From assembly GCA_964203855.1 (NCBI GenBank), contig CAXNNT010000002.1, positions 163,844 to 227,843 of the forward strand: a stretch of 64,000 nucleotides of DNA. Reading direction: 5' to 3'. The stretch comes from Candidatus Planktophila sp. (GTDB lineage: Bacteria > Actinomycetota > Actinomycetes > Nanopelagicales > Nanopelagicaceae). Shown here piece after piece: positions 43,665 through 54,388 of this stretch (position 1 is the stretch's first letter; every line of letters starts with the position of its first letter). Made by a program: the position numbers and the translations under genes. Under the pieces are notes generated by a model. The model made no database searches. It was not told where the DNA came from and saw nothing but the letters and a program-made list of their open reading frames with translations.

Positions 43665-44252
43665 TTATTCGGGCGAATTCTTAAAATCCAAGCCTTGCAG
43701 CCCGGCCCACCGAGCGTCAATTGCTTCGTGAGCATGGTCTTGCGGCAACTTCTCCCACTTCTCGCCACAGTCTGGACAGAGCCCTAGGCATCCTTCAGAA
43801 CATAACGGGTTAACGGGCAGATCCAGCACGATCGCATCGCGAATTGGAATCTCAAGATCCATGACGTTGCCATCTAGGAATAACTCTTCATCGCTGGCTA
43901 GATCATCTTCTTCTATCTTGGCAGGTTTTTTGCCACGCTTGCCACCTTTATCCGAAGTTGGTTCATAGCGATAGAGCTCTTGAATTTTACGGTCGACTTC
44001 AATCTCAACTGGATCTAAGCAACGAATACATTCACCTTTTGCGATTGCAAATATTTCGGCGCTAAGGAGAACGCCTTCAGTTACTGACTCAATTCGCATA
44101 TCTACTTCAATGACATCTCCGGCAGGAACGGCGACGAGGACGATGCCCACCGGTTCCAGAATCTGCAAATCGAGTTGGTACTCCTTCATCTCCCCCGCTC
44201 GGCGAGGTAGTTCGTGAGTATTGAATTCAAATACCTGGGATGCACGGCTCAT
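43665..44252 (-). CDS. YceD/DUF177 family protein
   Basis: ECIRCLDP, PLCSEGCLGLCPDCG and DARWAGL motifs; precedes rpmF. Confidence 0.92.
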   Translation of the reverse strand: MSRASQVFEFNTHELPRRAGEMKEYQLDLQILEPVGIVLVAVPAGDVIEVDMRIESVTEGVLLSAEIFAIAKGECIRCLDPVEIEVDRKIQELYRYEPTSDKGGKRGKKPAKIEEDDLASDEELFLDGNVMDLEIPIRDAIVLDLPVNPLCSEGCLGLCPDCGEKWEKLPQDHAHEAIDARWAGLQGLDFKNSPE

Positions 44253-44281
44253 AGAAATTAAATTGCGTTCTGCGACTTCTG

Positions 44282-44764
44282 TTATTTATCGTCAGCAAGT
44301 TGTGAAAGTACATCTTTATCGTTGGCACCGTCGAGACGTTCACGGCCACGCGCAACAGCATCCATGGTCTTATTCAGAATAACTTCCAAAGTGGCTAAGC
44401 GGCCATCAATGTAACTTTCTACTTCGGCACGTTCTTCAGCTGCTAAAGCGCGCGCATCATCGAGAATTCTTTGCGCTTCATCACGCGCGGCCTGCACGAT
44501 GGCGGTCTGTTCGATCATTCGGGCAACATCCTCGCGAGCTGTGGCGATCATCTGCTCAGAGCTAGAGCGACCTTCTTCAATTACTTTCTCGCGCTGGGCG
44601 ATTATAACTTCGGCGCGAAATAGATCCTGTGGAAGCGCTTCTTTAGCGCCATCTAAGATTTCAAGAATTTCGCCACGGTGCACAACGCATGAGGCCGACA
44701 ACGGAACTCCGCGGGCTTCTTCAATAAGAGTAATTGCAGTACTTATTTTCTCGATTGAATCCAT
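44282..44764 (-). CDS. Coiled-coil DivIVA-like protein, SepIVA type
   Basis: EEARGVPLSASCVV motif, heptad repeats; between coaD and yceD. Confidence 0.75.
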   Translation of the reverse strand: MDSIEKISTAITLIEEARGVPLSASCVVHRGEILEILDGAKEALPQDLFRAEVIIAQREKVIEEGRSSSEQMIATAREDVARMIEQTAIVQAARDEAQRILDDARALAAEERAEVESYIDGRLATLEVILNKTMDAVARGRERLDGANDKDVLSQLADDK

Positions 44765-44766
44765 TT

Positions 44767-45246
44767 TTACTTCCCTGCCACTCGTGCTTTAAGTGCATCA
44801 TTTACGATGCCTGGAACCATTGAAGATACGTCACCACCGAAATGTGCGAGTTCTTTAACAATGGATGAAGATAAGAATGAGTGTGCTGGAGCAGTTGCCA
44901 TAAACATAGTTTCAACACCAGTTCCTTGTAAGTTGATTTGTGCCATTTGAAGTTCATAGTCAAAGTCGGTGACCGCACGTAAGCCCTTGACAATTGCCTG
45001 AATTGAATTCGCTTTGCAATAATCAACCAACAGCCCATGCCATGAATCAACCTTCACATTTTTAAACTTTGAAGTTGTTTGGCGAATCATCTCCATGCGC
45101 TCTTCAACTGTGAAAAGGCTTGCTTTTGTGCGATTGGCCAAGACAGCAATTACGACTTCATCAAATTGCCCACTTGCACGCTCGATGATATCTAAATGCC
45201 CGAAAGTGATGGGATCAAATGATCCGGGGCAGACGGCGCGCTTCAT
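44767..45246 (-). CDS. coaD: Pantetheine-phosphate adenylyltransferase
   Basis: PGSFDPITFGH, KGLR, DFDYE and SSS motifs. Confidence 0.97.
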   Translation of the reverse strand: MKRAVCPGSFDPITFGHLDIIERASGQFDEVVIAVLANRTKASLFTVEERMEMIRQTTSKFKNVKVDSWHGLLVDYCKANSIQAIVKGLRAVTDFDYELQMAQINLQGTGVETMFMATAPAHSFLSSSIVKELAHFGGDVSSMVPGIVNDALKARVAGK

Positions 45247-45275
45247 GGAGTAAACGCTAGCAACGATTAACCGGG

Positions 45276-45869
45276 TTATCCATTCTCAGGCTCAGAATCA
45301 GCAGGTGCCCCATAGAAAATGCTCGCTTGACCATAGTTTTTTTCTCGGACTGATACATATCCATCTGGCCAAGATATTTCCTTAACTCTGGAATTCCGCT
45401 CCACTGCAATCAGCGCTTGTGGATGCAAGAACCCACCAACTTGCAGTTGAATCAGAGTTTCTATTACATCAAGGTCTTCGATTTCATACGGCGGATCAAT
45501 GTAAATAAAGTGATAGGGCGCCACTGGTGGATCTTGCAAGAAGCGATGAACACTCATGCCATATAGATGGAATGTGCCAGGGCACTGCGCAGATTTAATC
45601 GCCTCGTAATTGCTAGCAATACTTTTCTGTGCCTGTTCATCTTTTTCAACCGCGTGAACTAAAGCCGCCCCGCGTGATAAAGATTCAAGTGCGATCGCAC
45701 CTGTTCCGGCATACAGATCCAAAACATTTAGGCCTTCAAAGTCACCAAATTCAGATGCCAAAGTCGAAAAAAGTGCTTCGCGAGCTCTATCTGATGTTGG
45801 CCTTGTAGATGAGGCAACAGATGCGATATTTCTACCCTTGGCCATTCCGGCAATAATGCGCATCTTCAT
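45276..45869 (-). CDS. rsmD: 16S rRNA m2G966 methyltransferase
   Basis: RIIAG, RPTSDRAREALF, LDLYAGTG and DPPY motifs. Confidence 0.95.
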   Translation of the reverse strand: MKMRIIAGMAKGRNIASVASSTRPTSDRAREALFSTLASEFGDFEGLNVLDLYAGTGAIALESLSRGAALVHAVEKDEQAQKSIASNYEAIKSAQCPGTFHLYGMSVHRFLQDPPVAPYHFIYIDPPYEIEDLDVIETLIQLQVGGFLHPQALIAVERNSRVKEISWPDGYVSVREKNYGQASIFYGAPADSEPENG

Positions 45870-48040
45870 TAACCCTTTTCTATAAATTCTGCAGCAGCAT
45901 CTGCTTGCAGCTTTTTCAGTTCTGCTTTGAGCAAAGGATAACTAGTTAGAGAAGAATCTTGCGCCAATAGTTCTGCCGCACTTTCGCGAGCACTTTCAAT
46001 TATCGCTTCATCGCGCAGAACTCGTAGCAAGCGCAAGTGCGATCTTGAACCAGATTGAGATGCACCCAGAACATCGCCTTCACGACGTTGCTCTAAATCA
46101 ATGCGTGAGAGCTCAAAACCATCCTGTGTTTTTGAGACGGCATCTAACCGCTCACGAGCCGAACTTTCGGCATCAGCGTTGGTCACCAATAGACATAAAC
46201 CGGGGGAAGTGCCACGGCCAACGCGACCACGCAACTGGTGAAGCTGCGAAACACCAAAACGATCGGCATCCATGATCACCATTACCGTTGCATTTGGCAC
46301 ATCCACGCCAACTTCAATTACCGTCGTTGAAATCAATACATCTATTTCACCTTGCGCAAAAGCCTGCATAGTTGCATTTTTAACTTCGCTGCTCTGGCGC
46401 CCGTGTAAAGGTGCGATCCGCAAGCCATTCAGCGGCCCCGACTGCAATTTCGGACCCAGATCTTCAACGGATGCGATATCTGGCGATGCTTCACCATAGA
46501 GAAAATCTAAATCAGCATCCTCTGAAGTTCCCGCCGAAATACGTGGCGCAACAATGTATGCCTGATGTCCCAACGAAATTTCTTCACGAATTCGCTCCCA
46601 TGCACGATCTAGAAAAGTTGGTTTCTCAATTGTCGGAACCAGGTGCGTCGTAATTGGCTGTCTGCCAAGTGGAAGCTCGCGCAGAGTTGAAACATCTAAA
46701 TCACCAAAGACTGTCATCGCAACAGTTCGCGGGATTGGGGTTGCAGTCATTACCAATAAATGAGGAGGATTTATTGCTTTAGCCTTTAAAGCATCTCTTT
46801 GCTCAACACCAAAGCGATGTTGTTCATCTACAACAATTAAACCTAGATCCTTAAAAGTTACCGATTCACTTAATAGCGCGTGCGTTCCAATCACTATTCC
46901 CGCGTCACCGGAGGCCGCCATTGCTAGCGCCTCTTTTCGGGCTGCTGCGCTTTGCGAACCAGTTAGCAGAGTAACTTTTGTCGCAACTTCACTGCCACCA
47001 AGCATTCCGCCTTGCGCCAGCGGTCCAAGTAATTTCTCAATTGTGCGCAGGTGCTGCGCTGCTAAAACTTCAGTTGGCGCAAGCAGCGCCGCCTGTCCCC
47101 CGCTATCGATTACCGCCAGCATTGCACGTAGCGCCACGACTGTTTTACCGGAACCAACTTCACCTTGTAAAAGTCGATGCATTGGATACTCAGCCGCTAA
47201 ATCACTTTCGATCTCGGCACTAACTTGCACCTGTCCAGGCGTTAATTGCCATGGCAATGAATCATCAAAAGCGGTGAGAATTCCTGAACTTTTTGGAAGA
47301 CGCGCGACAGCCTTTAAGGCGCGCAGTTCGGCTCTGCGCTCAAGTAGTAACAACTGCATCAATAGCGCTTCATCAAAAGTTATTCGTGCTCGTGATTTAT
47401 CTGCGCTGTCGAGATCGACTGGATTGTGGATTTGCACAATGGCTTGCTGCAGCGATGGATACCCACGTTCGCTTAAGATTTTTTCCGGCATAAAATCAGC
47501 AATTTCATCAAGTGCACCGATCGATAAATTAATACATTGCGCGATTTTCCACGACGGTAACTTGGCACTTGCCGGGTACATAGGCAGGTACTTGCCCGCG
47601 AATTCAGCGACGGCTGAGTCAACATCATTTCCATCCGGAATCATTTCGTAATCCGGATGCGCCAATTGACGCTTCCCGTTGAACACACCGACTTTGCCAG
47701 CAAAGAGCCCTTGCCTGCCGACTCGCAAATCCTTCTCGCGCCACGCTTGATTGAAGAAGGTCAGTGACATCTTGGCACTTCCATCAGTCACAATTACTTC
47801 AAGGATGCTTCCCTTTCGAGCATGTAATTTGCGACTCGATGAGCTAAATATTTCAGCAAGAACGGTGACTTCATCGCCCTCTTTTAGTTCTGCGATATCG
47901 CTGAGTTCGCCACGAACTAAATAACGGCGTGGGTAATGATGAATCAGATCCGAAATAGTCTTATAGCCAAAAGTTGTATCCAAAACCTTGGCCGTGCGGT
48001 CGCCTACGACATTTACTAATTTGGAATCAAGGCCGGCCAT
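45869..48040 (-). CDS. recG: ATP-dependent DNA helicase RecG
   Basis: QGEVGSGKT, DEQHRFG, TATPIPRT and QLRGRVGRG motifs. Confidence 0.97.
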   Translation of the reverse strand: MAGLDSKLVNVVGDRTAKVLDTTFGYKTISDLIHHYPRRYLVRGELSDIAELKEGDEVTVLAEIFSSSSRKLHARKGSILEVIVTDGSAKMSLTFFNQAWREKDLRVGRQGLFAGKVGVFNGKRQLAHPDYEMIPDGNDVDSAVAEFAGKYLPMYPASAKLPSWKIAQCINLSIGALDEIADFMPEKILSERGYPSLQQAIVQIHNPVDLDSADKSRARITFDEALLMQLLLLERRAELRALKAVARLPKSSGILTAFDDSLPWQLTPGQVQVSAEIESDLAAEYPMHRLLQGEVGSGKTVVALRAMLAVIDSGGQAALLAPTEVLAAQHLRTIEKLLGPLAQGGMLGGSEVATKVTLLTGSQSAAARKEALAMAASGDAGIVIGTHALLSESVTFKDLGLIVVDEQHRFGVEQRDALKAKAINPPHLLVMTATPIPRTVAMTVFGDLDVSTLRELPLGRQPITTHLVPTIEKPTFLDRAWERIREEISLGHQAYIVAPRISAGTSEDADLDFLYGEASPDIASVEDLGPKLQSGPLNGLRIAPLHGRQSSEVKNATMQAFAQGEIDVLISTTVIEVGVDVPNATVMVIMDADRFGVSQLHQLRGRVGRGTSPGLCLLVTNADAESSARERLDAVSKTQDGFELSRIDLEQRREGDVLGASQSGSRSHLRLLRVLRDEAIIESARESAAELLAQDSSLTSYPLLKAELKKLQADAAAEFIEKG

Positions 48041-48181
48041 GCCGCCTATTCTCGCGTGAATTTCTCGGAATTAGCGTCAGGATGGCCTTCTTGCTACTCT
48101 TACGCCTTGTTCAACCACCTGGCCGCAGTTAGGGCTGAGGTAAGAAAACTAGAAATTAACGAATTTAAAAGGAGTAACGCT

Positions 48182-48367
48182 GTGGCATCAACATGCGATA
48201 TCTGTGGCAAAGCGCCAAGCTTCGGAAACAACGTTTCCCACTCTCAGGTAAAGACACGTCGTCGTTGGAATCCAAATATTCAGCGCGTAAAGACGCTCGT
48301 TGGCGGAAGCACAAAGCGCCAGAATGTCTGCACTTCTTGCCTTAAGGCCGGCAAAGTAACTCGCTAA
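48182..48367 (+). CDS. rpmB: 50S ribosomal protein L28 (Zn-binding type)
   Basis: GTG start after AAGGAG; CDICGK..FGNNVSHS...NIQ...VCTSCLKAGK. Confidence 0.96.
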   Translation: MASTCDICGKAPSFGNNVSHSQVKTRRRWNPNIQRVKTLVGGSTKRQNVCTSCLKAGKVTR

Positions 48368-49629
48368 TTAAGCGCGTTTACCTTCTTCTTGTAACCTGTT
48401 GGGCAAGTTGGCTTAACGGCCGTTACCTTCTTTAAAACATTTCCCCTTAAACACGAAATTGTCGTGGCTTTTGGCGTGGCCTTTGGCTTTGGAGACGCAG
48501 TAGTTCTAACAGTTCCTGCCGCCGACATATTGCTTTCCGCTGATTTAGAAGAAGCCATCACATCAAAACTTGGATTAAGTGAAATATCTAGCATCGGATC
48601 TGGGAATTCAAAACCGAAGACTTGAATAATAATTCGGCCGTTCTTCACAGCCACAGCCTTGGTCGCAGCAGTTGATCCGGCCTCCGTTGTACGCACTGAC
48701 ACAATTAGTGCCGATGCGGCATCTTCGACTTTAGTTAGCCCCCAGAGCGCAAGTGCATCCGCTGCTGAAATTGTCGCGTAATAGAAACCTGTATTAACGG
48801 TCTTGCCATCTGGAGCCAAACGAGGTGCAGATGCTTTATAACTAAGCGATTTGGTCGTGCTGTTCCAAACTGGTGTTGATAGTTTGCAAAGTCCATTTGA
48901 ACCAACATAAATCTTTCCGCTGCCCCCTTCAAATGAAAATCCCATTGGATCATTTGAGGGAACGAGAATTGATTGGAACTGGGTTACCAGCGCAGATGAA
49001 ATGCCGGCGGTTCCGGTGCAATCCTTGATGCTCTTGGCTTGAGCAACTTTGACCGGATAACCAGCTAATTCGAAGACTCCTGCTTGAATATCAACGGTTG
49101 CCTCAGTTGCAATTCCATAAGTTACGCCGACTTTGAAATCTGAAATACGTACCTTCACCGAAATTAAAGCATCTGAATTCAGGTTTACCGGCGTTGTGGC
49201 GCTGGTAGTTAGGGCCGCTAAAGAAACTTTGTTGCCAGGAGAATAAGTTGGCTTGGCATCAAGAATTATCCAAGGCACAAATTCATTTGCTGCTTGCGCT
49301 TCTACGTAAAGGCCATCGTAATTTTCATTTGCAAATGCGCTATCTGCCGTCCATCGTCCAGGGAGCTCTTTGCCTGCTGCCACGTTGTTGGAATTTCCTG
49401 CCGCCGCACCCGCTGATCCTGTTGGAACCCATGAAAGCGTGATTGCCTTAGCACCCGATGGCGTAACGCTAACTGACTCGATGCAATAAGCACCGCCGCC
49501 AGCAGAACAAGGAAGTAATGCACCTTTAGGAAGTGTGATGCTGGCACTTGCAGCAGAGACTCCGACTGTTACAGCCGCAATCGCAAAGATTGCAGATGAG
49601 AGGCTGGCTAAAATAGAGGTGCGTTTCAT
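48364..49629 (-). CDS. Uncharacterised secreted protein with Pro/Lys/Thr linker and Cys-paired basic C-terminal tail
   Basis: Sec signal ending ASA, Ser/Thr/Ala/Gly-rich body, tail TTISCLRGNVLKKVTAVKPTCPTGYKKK. Confidence 0.8.
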   Translation of the reverse strand: MKRTSILASLSSAIFAIAAVTVGVSAASASITLPKGALLPCSAGGGAYCIESVSVTPSGAKAITLSWVPTGSAGAAAGNSNNVAAGKELPGRWTADSAFANENYDGLYVEAQAANEFVPWIILDAKPTYSPGNKVSLAALTTSATTPVNLNSDALISVKVRISDFKVGVTYGIATEATVDIQAGVFELAGYPVKVAQAKSIKDCTGTAGISSALVTQFQSILVPSNDPMGFSFEGGSGKIYVGSNGLCKLSTPVWNSTTKSLSYKASAPRLAPDGKTVNTGFYYATISAADALALWGLTKVEDAASALIVSVRTTEAGSTAATKAVAVKNGRIIIQVFGFEFPDPMLDISLNPSFDVMASSKSAESNMSAAGTVRTTASPKPKATPKATTISCLRGNVLKKVTAVKPTCPTGYKKKVNALN

Positions 49630-49739
49630 GACTTAAAATTAACGCCTGACCAATAAGTAGGCAATAGCACCGCACTGAATTTCAGGTGTATAAATAAAAA
49701 TAATAAATGGTTATCGGTGCATAAAAACGCAACACCTAA

Positions 49740-50669
49740 TTAAAAATGACGCCAAGCACTGTTTTCTACGTCTGGTGGAACGTTTTGGATACCCGCACCA
49801 GCGATTACTTCACCGATCAAGATTCCTGGCAGATCTACGCCAGTTGCCAATAGGGCGTGATCTTCTCCCCCAGCAAAAATCCATTTCCAAACATCCATCC
49901 CTAAAGATTTAGCTAGGGACTCAAGTTCAACGAATTCTGTACTGGCTTGAATCTTTGATAAATCAAATTTAAATGCAACCTTTGAACTATCTGCCATTTG
50001 TCGGGCCTGAATCACCAGGGCATCGCTGACATCGCACATTGATGTTGCGCCAGTGGCGTTAAATTCATAATCAATTGTTGGATTCTTATATTCGCGTAGA
50101 GCTGCAGCATGCGAATCAGTATCTGATGTAAGTCTTGATTCTAGGATTGCCAATCCCGCTGCTGACCAACCTGTTAGTGAAGAGAGATAAATGCCATCTC
50201 CTACCTTGGCTCCGTTGCGTGTAACTGGTGAATCGCTATGGCCAATCGCAGACATGGAAATTACAATCTTTTCACTACGCGATAGGTCCCCTCCGATAAC
50301 CTGCAAACCAGCCAGATCCGCTTCAAACTTTATTCCCTTCGCCAATTCTTCAATCCATTTAATATCTTCGCTTCCCGTCAGGGCGAGGGCGACCAATAAG
50401 TAATCTGGAGTTGCGCCCATAGCCAAAATATCTGCCGCATTCGCAGCGGTAACTTTTCGGCCTATCTCAAAGGCACTTGACCAATCGGTACGGAAATGAA
50501 CTCCCTCAACTGCCATATCCGTTGTCATAACTTGGCGTTTATTTGTGCCGGCAACAACAGCGGCATCGTCGCCAATACCAACTTCTACGCGCGGGTCAGA
50601 AGTTGCAAAGATCTCACGAAGTCGCGAAATCACCTGCGCTTCTGTAAAGGCCCCCGAATTATTTGCCAT
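49740..50669 (-). CDS. thiL: Thiamine-phosphate kinase
   Basis: GIGDDAA, EGVHF, GGDL, DVSD and GGEDH motifs. Confidence 0.95.
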   Translation of the reverse strand: MANNSGAFTEAQVISRLREIFATSDPRVEVGIGDDAAVVAGTNKRQVMTTDMAVEGVHFRTDWSSAFEIGRKVTAANAADILAMGATPDYLLVALALTGSEDIKWIEELAKGIKFEADLAGLQVIGGDLSRSEKIVISMSAIGHSDSPVTRNGAKVGDGIYLSSLTGWSAAGLAILESRLTSDTDSHAAALREYKNPTIDYEFNATGATSMCDVSDALVIQARQMADSSKVAFKFDLSKIQASTEFVELESLAKSLGMDVWKWIFAGGEDHALLATGVDLPGILIGEVIAGAGIQNVPPDVENSAWRHF

Positions 50670-50746
50670 AGCGCCAAGACTAGAACATGGAGTACCTTTG
50701 CGGTTATCTTCAAAGGCGAAGCTCTCACGAGAAAGGCGTCACCTCA

Positions 50747-50980
50747 ATGTCAGTTCAGGCATACATTTTGATTCAAACCGAAGTTGGCAAAGCATCAAGC
50801 GTTGCTAAATCTGTATCTGCTATCCCCGGCGTCACTTTGGCTGAAGGCGTTACAGGTCCATACGATGTAATCATGCGCGCCGAAGCTCCATCAATGGAAG
50901 ATTTTGGTCGCCTTATCTTGTCTAAAGTACAAGCAGTTCCTGGCATCACTCGGACGCTTACTTGTCCGGTTACTTACTAA
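50747..50980 (+). CDS. Stand-alone Lrp/AsnC ligand-binding domain protein
   Basis: VQAYILIQTEVGK, VTGPYDVI and TRTLTCPV motifs; GAAAGG RBS; no HTH. Confidence 0.88.
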   Translation: MSVQAYILIQTEVGKASSVAKSVSAIPGVTLAEGVTGPYDVIMRAEAPSMEDFGRLILSKVQAVPGITRTLTCPVTY

Positions 50981-52045
50981 TTCCCAAGCACTCCATTTTT
51001 GCGAGTTAGCGCCGCATGCAACAAGTGGGTAACTGTTTGCGAATAAGTAACTCCAGTTGCTGCCCACATCTTTGGGAAGACCGATGTCGCCGTGAAACCA
51101 GGCATCGTATTTAACTCGTTGATGATAATTTCGTTATTTGGGGTTAAGAAGAAATCCACACGTGCCAAACCTGAGCAACCGAGAGCCACAAAAGCTTGCA
51201 CTGCTTTTACTCGGATCTCATCGGCGATCTTCTGATCTATTGGCGCCGGAAGTTCTATAGTCGTTGCGCCATCTAAATACTTGGCCTGGAAATCGTAGAA
51301 TTCATATTTGGAATCAATCTTTATTTGACCAACCAGGGATGCTTTTGCCTCACCATTTATTTCAAGTACCGCGCATTCGATTTCCAACCCGCGAATTTCT
51401 TGTTCAACGAGAGCCTTTGGATCAAAGCGGTGCGCTTCATCGAGTGCGGTGCCAAAATCGGCGGCAGATTTAACTTTTGTCGTGCCACGTGAAGATCCCC
51501 CGCGCGCTGGCTTTACGAATACTGGATAGCCCAATTGATCTGCCTGCGCTTTGAATTGCTGCCTTGTCTTTCTGCCAATCAGTTGCTCGCGCAACGAAAC
51601 CAGCGGCGACTTTAATTCCGTGTGAGGCGAAGATTGGTTTAGCAAATGATTTATCCATTGCAACCGCCGATGCAAGAACGCCAGAACCCACATAAGGAAT
51701 ATCTGCCATTTCAAATAAACCTTGGATCGTTCCATCTTCTCCGTATGGGCCATGCAAAACAGGAAATGCGATATCAATATTTAGATTCGCACCATCTGCG
51801 CTAAATCCATCCACGCCAAGGGTTACGGCAGTTCCAGTCTCGGGAATGGTTGGAAGTGTGGTTCCGTTTATTGAAAGCGGATGGTCTTGCGGAAGTAAAA
51901 ACCATTTTCCAGATTTGCTGATTCCGATTAGAACTGGCTCAAAAGCGCTGCGATCAATTGCCGATAGGACTCCGCCGGCTGAGGTGCAGGAAATCTCGTG
52001 TTCGCTGGATTTGCCGCCACAGATAATGGCTACGCGTTTTTTCAT
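50977..52045 (-). CDS. ddl: D-alanine--D-alanine ligase (apparent frameshift near 51550)
   Basis: [29 protein letters not shown] and [10 protein letters not shown] motifs. Confidence 0.95.
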
Positions 52046-53043
52046 CGAATAAAGTTTTCGGCCTTGGTGGTGATCTCCATCAAACGTTGCAGTGCCGCCT
52101 CTGGATTTAGCGTTCCATTTACGATGTCAGCAACTGATTCGATCACAGGAACTTCGATTCCAACACGGTGCGCGATTTCAACAATGGCACCGGATGAGGC
52201 AACACCTTCTACAGTTTTTGCCCATTGGCCGAGCGCAGATTCCATGGAGCCTGTCCTACCAAGTAATTCTCCGAAAGTTCTGTTGCGAGATAGCGGTGAT
52301 CCGCAAGTTGCAACGAGATCGCCCATTCCGGCAAGTCCGGCTGCACTAAGTGGATCTGCTCCATGTGCCGCACACAATCGAGCTACTTCATTTAGGCCGC
52401 GAGTAATTAACATCGCTTGGGTGTTTTCGCCGTAGCCCATTCCGATGGAGATGCCGACGGCGAGGGCAATTACATTCTTTATTGCACCCGCAAGTTCGCA
52501 ACCAAGTAAATCAACAGATGTATAAACGCGGTAATACGGCGTGCGAAATAAGGTACGAACTTCTTCAGAAGTGGCTTGGTTTGTTGCGGCAGCAACCGCA
52601 CCGGCAGGTTGGCGCAGGATTAACTCATCTGCCAAGTTAGGGCCAGTAATTAAAGCCATGCGATGCGGGCCTATAACTTCTTGCATAACTTCTGTCATAC
52701 GAAGCTGAGTGCTGATCTCGATGCCTTTGAGCGTACTAACTATTAGGCAATCTTCTGAAAAATGTGGCTTCCAGGATTGCAACGTGGTTCGTAATTGTTG
52801 AGATGGAATTGCGAGAACATAATTTTTGCTAAATGCAAAAGTCTCGGCTAAATCTGAAGTTGCACGTACTTCATCGGGAAGCACATTTTCACCGATGTAT
52901 TTAGAGTTGGTATGTTTAGAATTGATTTCATTTACAACCTCTTGGTTGCGGCCCCAAAGCAGAACGTCATTTCCAGCATCACAAAGAACTTGCGCCAGAG
53001 TTGAACCCCATGCGCCTGCTCCAAATACCGATACTTTGCTCAT
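52042..53043 (-). CDS. gpsA: NAD(P)H-dependent glycerol-3-phosphate dehydrogenase
   Basis: GAGAWG, KGIE, GPNLA, KNVIA and GDLVATC..SRN motifs. Confidence 0.96.
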   Translation of the reverse strand: MSKVSVFGAGAWGSTLAQVLCDAGNDVLLWGRNQEVVNEINSKHTNSKYIGENVLPDEVRATSDLAETFAFSKNYVLAIPSQQLRTTLQSWKPHFSEDCLIVSTLKGIEISTQLRMTEVMQEVIGPHRMALITGPNLADELILRQPAGAVAAATNQATSEEVRTLFRTPYYRVYTSVDLLGCELAGAIKNVIALAVGISIGMGYGENTQAMLITRGLNEVARLCAAHGADPLSAAGLAGMGDLVATCGSPLSRNRTFGELLGRTGSMESALGQWAKTVEGVASSGAIVEIAHRVGIEVPVIESVADIVNGTLNPEAALQRLMEITTKAENFIR

Positions 53044-53064
53044 TGCTTCTTGCGCCCTCGCTCT

Positions 53065-53841
53065 TTAACGCTTCTTCTTGAAATTGCCGATGCGTGGCAA
53101 ATCAGATGTGTGTGGGTCAAAGATTACTTCAGGACGCTTCTGGCCACGAATTTCCTCGAGCAATTTAGTGATTTCCAGCATGACTTTGGCAGTTGCTTCA
53201 ATCAACGCCTGCGGATCATCGGCCTTTCCACGCCACGGCGAAAGGTCTACAGGCTTGCCGGCAACAATTGTGATTTTAGTGCGCGGAAATAACTTGAGCT
53301 TCTTTGAATACGTGGGCATTAATACTTGCGAGCCCCATTGAACAACTGGAATTACGGGAGTGTTTGTAGAAAGTGCTAAACGTGCCAAACCGGTCTTGGC
53401 AACCATTGGCCAATGATCTAGATCGCGCGTAAGTGTTCCTTCTGGATAAACGCCGAGCAAGTGTCCGGATTCCAACAAACGTTTGGCATGATCAACGGCC
53501 TTGCCAGCGCTCGGTGTCTCGCGCTCGACTGGGACTTGGCCGGCGGCCAGAATTATTCTGCCGATGATTGGTACTTTAAATACGCCGACTTTGCCCAAGT
53601 AACGTGGTGCGCGACCATTCCTAAATAGAAAATGCGTCAAATTTAAAACATCAAAATATGACAAGTGATTGCTGGCAACTATTGCAGCGCCAGATTTTGG
53701 AATATTTTCAGCACCGGACCAAGAACGTTTTGTGATGAGGCTGATAATTGGAATCAAGATGCCGGCGCAAATTTTATATGTGCGGTTTGTCCCGAGTGGA
53801 TAACCCGTTGGTGGCGCGTAAGAAACTCGCATTTCGGCCAT
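53065..53841 (-). CDS. plsC: 1-acyl-sn-glycerol-3-phosphate acyltransferase
   Basis: NHLSYFD and YPEGT motifs. Confidence 0.9.
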   Translation of the reverse strand: MAEMRVSYAPPTGYPLGTNRTYKICAGILIPIISLITKRSWSGAENIPKSGAAIVASNHLSYFDVLNLTHFLFRNGRAPRYLGKVGVFKVPIIGRIILAAGQVPVERETPSAGKAVDHAKRLLESGHLLGVYPEGTLTRDLDHWPMVAKTGLARLALSTNTPVIPVVQWGSQVLMPTYSKKLKLFPRTKITIVAGKPVDLSPWRGKADDPQALIEATAKVMLEITKLLEEIRGQKRPEVIFDPHTSDLPRIGNFKKKR

Positions 53842-53860
53842 AACTAAATCTTAGTGGGCA

Positions 53861-53896
53861 AAGAAAAACTGGGGCCAGCAATCGCTGACCCCAGTT
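53861..53896 (-). terminator. Intrinsic terminator downstream of the HU gene
   Basis: Minus strand AACTGGGGTCAGC-GATT-GCTGGCCCCAGTT followed by TTTCTT. Confidence 0.85.
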
Positions 53897-53932
53897 CCTT
53901 TAAGTCTTAAGAAATTGTTAAAGAAGCGAAAA

Positions 53933-54388
53933 TTAACGCTTCTTGGCAGCCTTCTTAACAACCTTCTTAGCTGCTGGCTTGCGCTTAGCAACTTTCTTAA
54001 CAGCCTTCTTCGCTGCTGGCTTCTTCTTGGCAACCTTCTTAGCTGCTGCCTTCTTCGCTACAGGCTTAGCAACTGGCTTTGGTTCTGGCTTTGGAGCCGG
54101 ACCAAGCTTGCGCTCACCTGAGATGACATCTTTTAGCCCCTTTGCAGGAAGGAAGCGTGCCTTCTTTGAAGCCTTGATCTTGATTGTCTCGCCTGTGAAT
54201 GGGTTGCGTCCCATACGTGCTTTGCGATCAACCTTCTTGAACTTACCGAAATCGTTGATCATTACATCTTCACCCTTTGACATGGTGCGTGTAATTGTGT
54301 CGAAAACGATGTCTACAGCGTGCGCTGCTTCTCTCTTGCTGTCGTTGAAGTGTGGGGCCAACGCGGCAATAAACTGTGCCTTATTCAT
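53933..54388 (-). CDS. hup: HU family DNA-binding protein with Lys/Ala-rich tail (HupB/HupS type)
   Basis: MNKAQ, FGKF and GRNPFTGE motifs; AKK repeats. Confidence 0.95.
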   Translation of the reverse strand: MNKAQFIAALAPHFNDSKREAAHAVDIVFDTITRTMSKGEDVMINDFGKFKKVDRKARMGRNPFTGETIKIKASKKARFLPAKGLKDVISGERKLGPAPKPEPKPVAKPVAKKAAAKKVAKKKPAAKKAVKKVAKRKPAAKKVVKKAAKKR

